In this document: piece by piece, positions 40,367-50,299 of the stretch
Position numbering within the stretch: position 1 is the stretch's first letter
Layout: every line of letters starts with the position of its first letter
Made by a program: the position numbers and the translations under genes
Notes under the pieces: generated by a model
Told to the model about the DNA's origin: nothing
The model's database searches: none
Seen by the model: the letters and a program-made list of their open reading frames with translations, nothing else
Assembly: GCA_049516875.1 (NCBI GenBank)
Contig: JBEKSS010000001.1
Location: 128,001 to 192,000 of the forward strand
Direction: 5' to 3'
DNA from: Candidatus Bathyarchaeia archaeon
Lineage (GTDB): Archaea > Thermoproteota > Bathyarchaeia > Bathyarchaeales > Bathycorpusculaceae
DNA: 64,000 bases

Positions 40367-41000
40367 CTGTTTTTCTCCTTTGAAATCTGTATCCGCTCCT
40401 TCCAGCTATCTGTATGGCTGAAACAATATCTCTTAAACCTCTTCTATGTTTCGCTTCGCTTAGGCTACGATTTGTTCCAGTTTCACTGACGCTTTCCAGC
40501 GAAACGCTTAGGGGCAAAGCTTCGTCTAAGATGCGTAGCAACTTTTCTTTGCACTGCGGAACTCCGTCGCCTATTTTCACGGAAATAGATGCCACCTGGG
40601 TGCTTTCAAGGTTTCTTACAACATCCGCTATTTTGCCCAATGTTTCTTCGACACTGAAACAGTTTCCTGTTTCTACAACTTTTCCATCTGCCAGGACTGC
40701 CAATCCGAATACTTCACCAGGATCCACGCCTATTGTGATTTTCTCGAAGTTCTTTCCCTGGATGATTTTTAACGCCTCATTTATCAGCGCTTCCGGCCGC
40801 ATTCCCTCTTGGAAGATAAGTATTCTCTGATGCTTTATCAGAGGTTTCTCCTTCTCCGTGGTGATGACAACTTCAATTTCTATGGGAACTGGTTCATATG
40901 GAGTTAAACTCAGAAAAGGCGTGTTCTTCCTCTTCAATTCGTTCACAACCAAATAGTAGTCTTTCCCACAGACGGTCACGACAGCTATTTTCGCTTTCAT
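40350..41000 (-). CDS. Conserved protein with RNase H-like (YqgF/RuvC-type) C-terminal domain
   Basis: IGVDPG...GLAVL, KIGDG, V.E..T, D..SA..IA. Confidence 0.7.
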   Translation of the reverse strand: MKAKIAVVTVCGKDYYLVVNELKRKNTPFLSLTPYEPVPIEIEVVITTEKEKPLIKHQRILIFQEGMRPEALINEALKIIQGKNFEKITIGVDPGEVFGLAVLADGKVVETGNCFSVEETLGKIADVVRNLESTQVASISVKIGDGVPQCKEKLLRILDEALPLSVSLESVSETGTNRSLSEAKHRRGLRDIVSAIQIAGRSGYRFQRRKTDESDS

Positions 41001-41082
41001 ACAGGCAATCCTGTTTGTCAAGATGTTTGAACGCAAAGCAAATTATTGGTTTCGATGTTTATATCTGTTGACGTGTCCAAAC

Positions 41083-41781
41083 GTGCAGCGAAACATTCCG
41101 ACAGGTAGCAAAACAATCGACGAATCTTTAGGAGGAGGTATCCCACCTGAGAGCATCAGTCTCATCTATGGTGAGGCTGAGACTGGAAAAACCACTCTTG
41201 CAATGCAGTGCGCCGTGAACTGTGGAAAGCAGGGCCACAAAACCTTATTTGTCGATTGCGACGACACATTCTCAGTTCAGCGACTCATCCAGATCGCGTC
41301 TAAAAAGTTCGCAGAAATGGCAGAACTGATTGTCTTAGCGAAGCCTCACGACTTTCGCGAACAAGCAGCAATCATAGATCGGTTGGCAGAATACGCTACA
41401 AGCAACCTTGGACTCATTGTCATCGACACGTTCACGTCGCTATACCGCCTAAGAGTCTCAGAGTCCCCATCAAAAACGTTTGAATTAAATCGGGAACTGA
41501 ACAGACAATCAGCAGTCTTGGCTCAAACCGCCAAGATTAAGAAAATCGCAGTTCTGATAACAAGTCAAGTTCACAGCGTTCTGGACAATGTTCCAGTGAG
41601 CGTGGAGCCTGTTGCTACAAGGGTTTTGAAATTTTGGGTTGACACAATAATCGCATTAAGACCCACTGAAAATCCGCAGATAGTTGAAATGACTTTAGAA
41701 AAGAGTCCTCAAAAACTTCAACCGAAGACTCGCAACTTGAGGATTGAAGAGTCTGGAATGCACGATTATTCAGGTCACTAA
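41083..41781 (+). CDS. radB: RadB-like RecA-family ATPase
   Basis: IPTG...D..LGGG, YGEAETGKTT, IVIDT, ITSQV; lacks the RadA N-domain. Confidence 0.85.
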   Translation: MQRNIPTGSKTIDESLGGGIPPESISLIYGEAETGKTTLAMQCAVNCGKQGHKTLFVDCDDTFSVQRLIQIASKKFAEMAELIVLAKPHDFREQAAIIDRLAEYATSNLGLIVIDTFTSLYRLRVSESPSKTFELNRELNRQSAVLAQTAKIKKIAVLITSQVHSVLDNVPVSVEPVATRVLKFWVDTIIALRPTENPQIVEMTLEKSPQKLQPKTRNLRIEESGMHDYSGH

Positions 41782-41794
41782 TGGAGTTGCAGAA

Positions 41795-42295
41795 ATGGAT
41801 ATAACAAATCTTATTGTCAAAGCAATTATTTTCATACTTCCAGCGTACTGTGCGAATGCTGCGCCGGTCATCGCTGGAGGAGGGTTGCCGATGGATTTAG
41901 GCAGAAGATTTGTTGACGGAAAGCCAATCTTTGGGAAAAACAAGACTTTCCGAGGTTTCTTTGTCGGTTTGGCCGTCGGCACCGGCGTCGGTCTTTCTGA
42001 AAGCGCGATTCTTAATTACCCCATCATGTTCGGCTTGTTGTTGTCGTTGGGTGCTCTGTTCGGTGACTTGGCAGGGGCTTTTCTGAAAAGGAGACTCGGA
42101 ATTTCTCCGGGAAATCTCTTGCCAGTCGTAGATCAAGTTGACTTCATAGTCGGCGCACTTGTTCTTTCGCTTCTGCTTTCTCCGCCCATGCTTTCTTGGG
42201 AACTTGCTTTCACGGTTCTGCTCATAACCCCGCCTATCCATCTGTTAACAAACTTTGCAGCTTATAAGTTGGGGTTGAAAAGTAATCCGTGGTGA
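41795..42295 (+). CDS. carS: CDP-archaeol synthase
   Basis: PAY.ANA.P, D.G....DG..IFG.NKT.RG, GDL.GAF.KRR, DQ.DF, K..PW. Confidence 0.95.
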   Translation: MDITNLIVKAIIFILPAYCANAAPVIAGGGLPMDLGRRFVDGKPIFGKNKTFRGFFVGLAVGTGVGLSESAILNYPIMFGLLLSLGALFGDLAGAFLKRRLGISPGNLLPVVDQVDFIVGALVLSLLLSPPMLSWELAFTVLLITPPIHLLTNFAAYKLGLKSNPW

Positions 42296-42302
42296 ACGAT
42301 TG

Positions 42303-42728
42303 TCAGCTTAGGCCTCTGAGCTTTATCTGTATCGTGGCTTCCAGAAATATGTAAGCCATCAACATCAGGGCCAATCCGACTATGAGCATCATGTAGGCTT
42401 GTCTTGGTTTGTAGACGTACCTCGTGCTCTGGTATATCACTATCAGTCCGATTACTCCTAAGGAGTAAATGATCGCGGCAATGATGCTGTCGCTCACGAA
42501 CTGTTGGGATAGGTATGGATTGAGGAAGTAGAACTTGTTATTATAGTAGATTGCTGGCACCGGCCTCTGTATCAAATCGTACACACCGCCTGCGAAGAGA
42601 AAAACTGCAAAAGCAATCGCCAATGTCGGAATGAGGAGATTCGACGGCTTGGCGGTCGTAATCGTCCGATAAAGCCTGTTCACTGAAAAGGAGAGTGACG
42701 AGACACGCCTCCTAACTGTTTTTGACAT
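42303..42728 (-). CDS. OSTC/DC2 (OST3/OST6 TM-domain)-like oligosaccharyltransferase accessory subunit
   Basis: FLFAGGVYDLI..P, Q.FV.D..., three TMs, C-terminal IKLRG. Confidence 0.7.
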   Translation of the reverse strand: MSKTVRRRVSSLSFSVNRLYRTITTAKPSNLLIPTLAIAFAVFLFAGGVYDLIQRPVPAIYYNNKFYFLNPYLSQQFVSDSIIAAIIYSLGVIGLIVIYQSTRYVYKPRQAYMMLIVGLALMLMAYIFLEATIQIKLRGLS

Positions 42729-42945
42729 TCTTTCTATCTTCCACTTCTGTCAAATACTGGGCCACTATTCTTGCCCATTCGCCTGTTAATGGATTCTTAG
42801 CAATCTCTCTTAAATACTCTTTCCAAGAGATCTCCGTCGCCTTCTTCCATCGATCATACTTCTTGATGACGACTTCATAGACTTCTGCATGTAGCTTGCA
42901 ATAGCCCTGCTCACCGACTTCTCTGTTGCATATTGGACATTTCAA
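42712..42945 (-). CDS. Small Zn-finger protein (CPIC...YCKLH)
   Basis: CxxC..CxxH; overlaps topA and the OSTC-like gene. Confidence 0.75.
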   Translation of the reverse strand: MKCPICNREVGEQGYCKLHAEVYEVVIKKYDRWKKATEISWKEYLREIAKNPLTGEWARIVAQYLTEVEDRKNVKNS

Positions 42946-45022
42946 TTCTTCTCTGCCTCTTTTCTTCTTTCAACGGACAATCTGGATTGAAGCATAGCAC
43001 CCATGATCTTCTTCCTCTAGTTCGAACCTGAACGGTAGGCCAACCGCATACACTGCAGCTTCTGCCATGCAATTTGATTGTGCCTCTTTGCGGGAGAGCA
43101 AATGAGACCTTACACAATCCTTTAAAATAGTTTGTGCAGCCGACGAAGCGTTTCCCAGTTTTCTTCGAATGTATCATCACAAGCTTTCCTGTTTTGCAGA
43201 TTGGGCACGCGCCGATTAGGCTTTCTTCGAGTCTTGCCCTTTCTACGGCATTGCCCAAGCGTTCGCCAATTTCTTCCTCTTTTTGCCTGAACTCCTTCAG
43301 CACCGGCCCAAGAATTTCGATTGCATCGGCCAAAACGTCTTCCCTCTTTTCGCTGCTCTGCCATATCCCATTAATTCTGTCCTCGAGCTCCTTCGTCATT
43401 TCAACAGAGACAACTTTTGGGCAGTGATTCTCTAGGATTCCAAGAACTTCAAAACCCAACTCTGTCACCGTCATGTTCTCGTTTCGCACATATTTCCTTT
43501 CGTAGAGCGTCTGTATTGTATCTGCCCTTGTCGCCTTTGTTCCAATCCCCGCCTCATCCATTTTCTGGAGTAAGCTGCTGGAGTTGTATCGCGGCGGCGG
43601 CCTACTGAACTTGCATTCTACAACGACGTTCTTGAAGTCGACCCGTTCTCCCTCCTTTACTGAAGGCAAGAGAGTTTCATCTGACTTAACGTTAGGCTCG
43701 TAGAACCGTTGCCATCCTTGCTCTAACGTTCGCTCTCCCTTGACATAGAAAGCGTGTCCGTTGACGCTGATGCTTAGTTTCACACTCTGTCTTATCGCGG
43801 GCTCGCCGAAAACAACCATGAATCTTCGAACAACGAGATCCCATATGTTTCTTTCAGGCTTGTCTAGAAGGTGCTCAGGCGGATTTCCGGTCGGGTAGAT
43901 GGCTGGGTGAGCAGGGTCTTCTCTGCCTCCCTCGTGGGGCTTCAGCACTGGTTTAGCAAGAAGCTCTGCTGTGAGTTTCCTGTATTCTTGGACCTTGTTC
44001 AAGTTCTTAAGAATTGATCGATAGTTTATTGTTGGTGGAAGTTTTTGGCTACTGGTTCGCGGGTAAGAGATTAACGCGTCCAGATACAAACGTTGAGCCG
44101 TATCCAAGGTTTTTTTGGGGCTGTATCCAAACAAATTGTAAGCCTCAACCTGTAAGCTCCCTAAATCAAAAGGTACGGGTGCAGACTGCTGAAATCGTCT
44201 GATTTCTACCTTTTCAATTTTTCCGCTTCCTTTGCAAGCGTTTGAAACGATGCTTGCTTCTTTCTTGGTCTCTATTATTCTCTTTGCGCATTTGGCTACG
44301 CAGGTCTGTCCGCTTATTTCGATGTGTGCTCTGATTTGCCAGTATGGCGTGGGCACGAAGCTTCTGATGGACTTTTCTCTTGAAACTAAGAATTTCAGGA
44401 GGGGACCTTGAACTCGACCCGTGCTCAATGTCCTGTACTTTCCACTCCAGTTTTTTGCCGCCAATGTCAGAGCTCTTGAGAGATTGATTCCGTAAAGCCA
44501 GTCAACTTCATGCCTCGCCCTGCCGGCCTCTATGAGTGCAAAGTCCAAATGCGGCAGCGACTCAACGTAGGATTTTTCCAGCTCTTCCTTGGTCAAGGTG
44601 GAGTATTTCATGCGCCTTGACATTTTTTCTTTGTCGCCACAAGCATACTTCAGTATGCAGTATCCGATGATGCTTCCTTCCATGTCGTAGTCACACGCGT
44701 CAACAAACGCGTCAGCTTCTTTGGACAGCTTCGTGATTACTTGAAGCCACACGCGGACACGCTCTGTTCCTTTCTCTGCGAGGAATCGAGGCACCCATTT
44801 GAAATTGAAAACAGGGTAAGAACTTCTTCCCTTCGTTTCTGCAGAAACGGTGTAAAGGTGTCCAAGTGCAGGTACAATCGCGATCTCTTTATCGCGTGTA
44901 ACCAGGTAATAGGGCACGCCGTTGTCTTCCATTCTCCTCGCTTTTTGGCTCATCTCCAAGGCTGAGGCTATTCTTTGGGCAGCATCCGGCTTTTCAGTGA
45001 TGATGAGGGTGTATTTTCCCAT
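42911..45022 (-). CDS. topA: DNA topoisomerase I (type IA) with C-terminal Zn ribbons
   Basis: ITEKP, ACDYD.EG, GRVQ, ISYPRT catalytic Tyr, GT.ATR. Confidence 0.96.
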   Translation of the reverse strand: MGKYTLIITEKPDAAQRIASALEMSQKARRMEDNGVPYYLVTRDKEIAIVPALGHLYTVSAETKGRSSYPVFNFKWVPRFLAEKGTERVRVWLQVITKLSKEADAFVDACDYDMEGSIIGYCILKYACGDKEKMSRRMKYSTLTKEELEKSYVESLPHLDFALIEAGRARHEVDWLYGINLSRALTLAAKNWSGKYRTLSTGRVQGPLLKFLVSREKSIRSFVPTPYWQIRAHIEISGQTCVAKCAKRIIETKKEASIVSNACKGSGKIEKVEIRRFQQSAPVPFDLGSLQVEAYNLFGYSPKKTLDTAQRLYLDALISYPRTSSQKLPPTINYRSILKNLNKVQEYRKLTAELLAKPVLKPHEGGREDPAHPAIYPTGNPPEHLLDKPERNIWDLVVRRFMVVFGEPAIRQSVKLSISVNGHAFYVKGERTLEQGWQRFYEPNVKSDETLLPSVKEGERVDFKNVVVECKFSRPPPRYNSSSLLQKMDEAGIGTKATRADTIQTLYERKYVRNENMTVTELGFEVLGILENHCPKVVSVEMTKELEDRINGIWQSSEKREDVLADAIEILGPVLKEFRQKEEEIGERLGNAVERARLEESLIGACPICKTGKLVMIHSKKTGKRFVGCTNYFKGLCKVSFALPQRGTIKLHGRSCSVCGWPTVQVRTRGRRSWVLCFNPDCPLKEEKRQRRIEMSNMQQRSR

Positions 45023-45533
45023 GGCTGATACAGACCGCGCGAACTTGCTTAATATCCGTCTGTCTCTTTGAAGCATCTGTCCTGATCAGGATATTGAACT
45101 TTTCCTCTTTTGAACCTTCTTCAGCGTTAAGTTTCTAAGCCGCACTTTCGATTCTGGGAATTCTCAGTACAATCTAATGTTGGCAGAATCCTTCTTTGTC
45201 TTTACACGCTGTTCTAATATCAAGATTGGAGAGTTTCTTAGCCTCATTGTTTGTAATATAGAAGTTCCCAAGACCCGTCTTATTCTGCATGTGATATAGA
45301 GCGCGGTGATTATCTCCCAACTCATCACAAAGTACGTGTGCTCCACTGGAATAGGGACAGTCGTCACCATTGCTGAAGTTCTTCAACCAATAACGCGCCC
45401 GAGAGCATGGAGGAAGGGAATGCGCAAAGGTGACTTGCCTTCCTTAGTGTGAATTGTTAACTCGCCGTTCTAGCAATCGATAAATACGGCATAAACATTT
45501 AGTTCATTCACTGACAAGCGGAGTACAATGTTT

Positions 45534-45698
45534 ATGCCCCAACGCGTTACCTGTCAAGGCTGTGGCCAGGTGCTGTATGAAGGACCCGAACTCAAACCCC
45601 CCGACGAAATTTTGCACGAACACGAAGGCAAATGTCCCGGTTGTGGCAAGAAACTCTCATTCGTACCCATAGATGTAAACGTGAAACCTATGAAATAA
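45534..45698 (+). CDS. 54-aa Zn-ribbon protein (below ORF-track cutoff)
   Basis: MPQRVTCQGCG...GKCPGCGKKL; CATAAAC box upstream; immediately precedes gcvT. Confidence 0.8.
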   Translation: MPQRVTCQGCGQVLYEGPELKPPDEILHEHEGKCPGCGKKLSFVPIDVNVKPMK

Positions 45699-45719
45699 TC
45701 GGTTCCTGGGGAAGCAGAC

Positions 45720-46868
45720 TTGAACGGAGAGAATCGTCGAACCCAACTTTACGAGATGCATCGAAAAACTGGGAAGCTAACGGTTTTCGCCGGCTTTGAG
45801 ATGCCAATGTACTACAAAGATATAACGCCTGAGCATCTGGCTGTACGAAACAGCGTCGGCGTCTTCGACATCAGTCACATGGGAAGAGTAATGGTTACAG
45901 GCATTGACTCTGAACGCTTGCTAAATTATGTGATAACAAACGACGTTTCAATGTTGCAGCCCAACGCCGCACAGTACTCGGTTATGTGCAACGATAAGGG
46001 AGGCATAATTGACGACTTTGTTCTTTACCGGTTGGAAAACGAGAAGTTCCTGGTAGTTTTCAATGCGAGCAACCGCGAAAAAGACCATGGCTGGCTAGTT
46101 GAGTATGCTAGAGGTTTCGACGTAAAAATTGAAGAAATCTCTGAAAGCGTCGCGATGTTTGCAGTTCAAGGTCCGAGCGCCGAAAAAACGTTGCAGAAAA
46201 TCTCCACTGAAGATCTGAGCAAGATTGGAAGATTCAAGTGTGGACATTCCAAGTTAGCCGACGTTGAAGTCTTTCTGTCTAGAACGGGTTACACCGGTGA
46301 AGACGGGTTCGAAGTCTTCGTCTGGAACGCTTCACTTGCAAAACCAGACAACGCCGTGAGATTGTGGAAAGCCATTCTTGAAGCTGGCAAGACTTTAGGG
46401 ATAGAACCTTGTGGTTTAGGAGCAAGGGATACTTTAAGACTTGAAGCTGGACTGTGCCTGTACGGAAACGACATAGATGAAAGCACAACACCGCTTGAAG
46501 CCACATTGGGCTTTGTCGTAAAACTGCAGAAGAACCGGTTTATAGGAAAACAAGTTTTGCTGAAGCAGAAGGCTGAAGGAGTGAAACGCAAGCGCGTTGG
46601 AATAAGAATGACAGATCAGGGAATACCTCGACAAGGTTTTGAAATCTACTCAGAAATTGGAGAGAAAATAGGTCAGGTTACAAGCGGAACGTTTTCTCCT
46701 TTGCTGAGGTTTGGAATCGGCATGGGCTACGTTGAGACCCCTTATGCTCAGGAGGGAAGGGCGGTAGGCGTGAGAATACGCGACAAAACCGCAAAGAGCA
46801 AGATAGTGGGGTTACCATTTTACGACACTGAAAAATACGGGTTCAAACGTAAAGCGATCAATGCTTGA
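45720..46868 (+). CDS. gcvT: Glycine cleavage system T protein (aminomethyltransferase)
   Basis: FAGFEMP.Y, EH.AVR, FDISHMG, SRTGYTGEDGFE, GLGARDTLRLEAG..LYG. Confidence 0.96.
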   Translation: MNGENRRTQLYEMHRKTGKLTVFAGFEMPMYYKDITPEHLAVRNSVGVFDISHMGRVMVTGIDSERLLNYVITNDVSMLQPNAAQYSVMCNDKGGIIDDFVLYRLENEKFLVVFNASNREKDHGWLVEYARGFDVKIEEISESVAMFAVQGPSAEKTLQKISTEDLSKIGRFKCGHSKLADVEVFLSRTGYTGEDGFEVFVWNASLAKPDNAVRLWKAILEAGKTLGIEPCGLGARDTLRLEAGLCLYGNDIDESTTPLEATLGFVVKLQKNRFIGKQVLLKQKAEGVKRKRVGIRMTDQGIPRQGFEIYSEIGEKIGQVTSGTFSPLLRFGIGMGYVETPYAQEGRAVGVRIRDKTAKSKIVGLPFYDTEKYGFKRKAINA

Positions 46869-47011
46869 AACTGAGGATTCGCTTCGATGATCGTTTTCTC
46901 TGGAAAGGTATATACCAATGGCTTATGCCATCTAAACCATCCTTCAAGAGCCATCTAACCGCAAGGGAAATAAAACACTTCAGTAGAGTCTGTAAGAGGA
47001 ATGAATCTGAG

Positions 47012-49273
47012 ATGAAGCTTCCCAACGTCCTGTCCAAAGAAGGCGCGATTAACGGTTTGAAGAATCTGGGAAAACTGCGAGTCAAAATCAGCCGCACTTC
47101 GCTACTGACTTTCGCGGCGTTGATGCTCATACTGTTCGTCGCTTTCACCATACGGATTCTTCCTATCCGTTGGGAAATAGGATCAGACGTGATACACCTG
47201 TCCGAATTTGACGCGTTTTTTGAATTTCGCATAGGGAGCTATATGGTAAACAATGGACTGTTTTCGCCCTTTTGGCCAAAGCTGTGGGTTGATACTCAAC
47301 TTTGGGCCCCACAGGGAATCAACATGGGCTCAAATTCACTTCCTTCGATACCTATGACAGGAGCTTTTCTTTATGATTTAATCACTCTCTTGGGTGTCAA
47401 TATAAATTTTATGAGCTTCTGTGCACTTATGCCTCCGATATTCGGCACATTGTGTGTTTTGATCATGTATTTCATCGGAAAGGAATTCGGAGGAAAATCC
47501 GTCGGAATGCTTGCCGCACTTATCCTAGCTCTAGACGCATCTTTCATCTCAAGAACCAACTTGGGCTGGTTTGAAACTGAAACAGCTACATTTTCCTTTC
47601 TTCTGTGCTTTCTGGTGTTTCCAAAGGCAATAGAGGAAGAGAGATCCATCGGTTCGTCGGTGAAATACTCGCTCGTCTCTGCAGCATGCCTGGCCTACTT
47701 CATATTGGGGTGGGGCGCAGCATATTATCTGGTAGATTTGGTAGCGCTTTACGTTTTTGTTTTGATTCTGATGAGGAGGTATACGAAGCGCATTTTCTTG
47801 GCGTACAGTGTAACGTTTGGGTTGGGACTCTTGATAGCGATGAGTGCTCCCTTCCTGGGAATAGATTACCCAATAAGCTATGCAATATTACCCGTTGCGG
47901 GCGTCTTTATCTTGCTTTGCCTAAGCGAAGTTTTGCACAATCTGACGTCGGCAAGAGAGAGGTTCATACTTACTGTAACAGTCATAGCGGCCCTGATCGG
48001 CACCTTCGTCGCTATTTCCGCCTTAGGATACACAGGCAGCATAGCGGGCAAGTTTCTAACAGTTATAAACCCCTTACTGCGAAGTGCGAGCCCACTCGTA
48101 GAATCTGTCGCCGAGCACGGAATATCCGCTTGGGGCTCAATGTATTATGACCTAGGCATATTGATAATATTCTTCATCGTTGGACTGTATTTCATTTCGA
48201 GGAATCTTGGTAACAAGAACCTGTTCTTGTTACTCTTCGGTTTGACATCTCTGTATTTCTCTGCATCCATGGTGCGCTTGCTTTTCCTCCTGGCACCAGC
48301 CTTCGGCCTCATCTCTGCTGTTGGAATAATAGGCGTGCTAAGACCATTCATCGCGATGTTGAAGGAACCTCCAAAGATAACAGCAAAGAAGTTTCGTTTA
48401 GAACATGTTGGAAAAGAATTCAGCGGAACTGCCGTTTTCCTGATATTCCTAATTTTAATGACACAATTTGCTTTCTCGCCCCAATCTGGTGGTATACCCA
48501 AAGTGTACAGCCAAGCTTATGCTCCTTTGACAGTTTCAGCAGCCAGTCTTCCGATAGTTCCCAACGGGCCAGTGACGGAATGGCTGGACATGCTCGCGTG
48601 GACGAAGAGTAACCTCAATCCGACTGATGTTGTTGACGCTTGGTGGGACTATGGATTCTGGTTAACAATTCTGGGAAATGTAACGACGCTTAACGACAAC
48701 GCAACAATAAACGACACGCAGATAGAAAACGTAGGCTTCACGATGATAGCCAACGAGACTGAATCGCTAAATATGTTGAAGCTGTACCACGCGAAATACA
48801 TTCTCGTTTTCACCACTCTGTCTCTGACAACACAAAGCGGTTATACATATGCCGTTGAAGCCGGTTACGGCGACGAAGGCAAATGGACATGGATGGCAAG
48901 AATCTCCGGGCAGAGCGCGCACGAGTCGGGACTGGGTAATGTTAGCAAATGGCCGGGATGGAATTGGACTGATGAAAGCGCTTTCGGGAGCTACGTCAAC
49001 ACTACGACCTATTGGCCGAATAATTGGGCTTGGAATCAGCAGGGATACAACACGACAATTTACAAATTGATGACTTGGGCAAGAAGCCTGTATTGCAACG
49101 CGCAGGGAGTGATTGACCCGGACGCGGGCAATGTCACTACAGTTAACGACCTAGGATACTTTGAACCGGCATACATTGCCGGGTTGACTCTTACCCCAAC
49201 AGACGCCAGTAGTAAATATGGCAACTTGGTTCCACTCGTCGCCCTGTACAAGATAAAGTATCCCGACGGATGA
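47012..49273 (+). CDS. aglB: Oligosaccharyltransferase AglB/STT3
   Basis: EFD, SVAEH, WWDYG, DNAT.N, D..K motifs; multiple TMs. Confidence 0.96.
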   Translation: MKLPNVLSKEGAINGLKNLGKLRVKISRTSLLTFAALMLILFVAFTIRILPIRWEIGSDVIHLSEFDAFFEFRIGSYMVNNGLFSPFWPKLWVDTQLWAPQGINMGSNSLPSIPMTGAFLYDLITLLGVNINFMSFCALMPPIFGTLCVLIMYFIGKEFGGKSVGMLAALILALDASFISRTNLGWFETETATFSFLLCFLVFPKAIEEERSIGSSVKYSLVSAACLAYFILGWGAAYYLVDLVALYVFVLILMRRYTKRIFLAYSVTFGLGLLIAMSAPFLGIDYPISYAILPVAGVFILLCLSEVLHNLTSARERFILTVTVIAALIGTFVAISALGYTGSIAGKFLTVINPLLRSASPLVESVAEHGISAWGSMYYDLGILIIFFIVGLYFISRNLGNKNLFLLLFGLTSLYFSASMVRLLFLLAPAFGLISAVGIIGVLRPFIAMLKEPPKITAKKFRLEHVGKEFSGTAVFLIFLILMTQFAFSPQSGGIPKVYSQAYAPLTVSAASLPIVPNGPVTEWLDMLAWTKSNLNPTDVVDAWWDYGFWLTILGNVTTLNDNATINDTQIENVGFTMIANETESLNMLKLYHAKYILVFTTLSLTTQSGYTYAVEAGYGDEGKWTWMARISGQSAHESGLGNVSKWPGWNWTDESAFGSYVNTTTYWPNNWAWNQQGYNTTIYKLMTWARSLYCNAQGVIDPDAGNVTTVNDLGYFEPAYIAGLTLTPTDASSKYGNLVPLVALYKIKYPDG

Positions 49274-50163
49274 AGGATGACGATTTGTTTCCGAGAGCCC
49301 CTGACCAACATAAACCAAACAGACCGCTGGTTCCGAACGGTTTAGGCGTCATCTACGTCATCATCAGCACCGTGTACATTTTTCTCCTGTATTTCTTTGA
49401 CGTAAGGTTCAGCGTCGCTGACGGTGTCTCTGCGTCTCTGACATTGGCGGTGTGCATCTTGTTCGGCGGCTTCATGGGTCTTCTAGATGACTGGATGGAT
49501 CTTAAGTGGCGATACAAGGCTTTCCTTCCACTGATAGCGGCCATACCGCTTGCTACTTTTGCAAGTTCCAACCCTGCAGTGCGTACTGCTATAGCTCTCC
49601 CCCTTCTAGGGACCATACACTTCGGGAGCTACTATTATTTCATAATCATTCCAATCCTCGTGACGATAATTACGAACACTGTGAATCAGCTTGGCGGTTT
49701 GAACGGTTTAGAAACAATATGTCCCGCGATAGTTATGATCGGGCTAATGTCCATCTCAGGGTCTTATGCAATCCTCTTGCTCTGTCCATTAATCGTTTGG
49801 CTGATACTTGCGTTCCTCAATTTTCGGGGGAGGATCTTCGTTGGCAACACTGGATCCTTTGCCATAGGGATAACAATCGCTGCTTTTGCAATCATCTCGG
49901 ATCTAAAGTTCGATTTGGTAATCTCGGTTTTGCCATACATATTCAATTCAGCTTTAATCCTCTTGACATTCTTCTTCTACAGGACTAAGGCCAACGTTTC
50001 CTTTGACGGCAAACGACTCGTGTCAAACCACAGAAGAAGCCTGATAACGCTCCTCACCTTTAACCATCCGCTGACCGAAAAACAGATAGTCGCAATAATC
50101 TCTCTTTTAATGGTGGCTACAACTTTCGCAGCTGTACTTGCCCGACGACTGTTAATGCTCTGA
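49270..50163 (+). CDS. GT4/GPT-family UDP-GlcNAc:dolichyl-phosphate GlcNAc-1-P transferase (AglH-like)
   Basis: D.HKP.RP.VP..LG, GLLDD, N.VN..GG.NGLE, IFVGNTGS; ATGA overlap with aglB. Confidence 0.85.
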   Translation: MKDDDLFPRAPDQHKPNRPLVPNGLGVIYVIISTVYIFLLYFFDVRFSVADGVSASLTLAVCILFGGFMGLLDDWMDLKWRYKAFLPLIAAIPLATFASSNPAVRTAIALPLLGTIHFGSYYYFIIIPILVTIITNTVNQLGGLNGLETICPAIVMIGLMSISGSYAILLLCPLIVWLILAFLNFRGRIFVGNTGSFAIGITIAAFAIISDLKFDLVISVLPYIFNSALILLTFFFYRTKANVSFDGKRLVSNHRRSLITLLTFNHPLTEKQIVAIISLLMVATTFAAVLARRLLML

Positions 50164-50299
50164 CGCCTTGCACACGCTCCACAGTATTTGTGGCACAATG
50201 CATTCAGGGCATAGGATTATAGGGACCAGTAGCGCCCGCCCAAGCTTCTTGCGAGCTTTCTAGGCAAGATTTAATAACTCATATGTAAGAAGTGAGCAT

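Noticed and set aside
45100-45400. Two overlapping ~70-aa minus-strand ORFs beside ACGCGCCC (about 45393)
   Set aside because: Possibly another decayed module, but the motif is degenerate and no homology is recognisable
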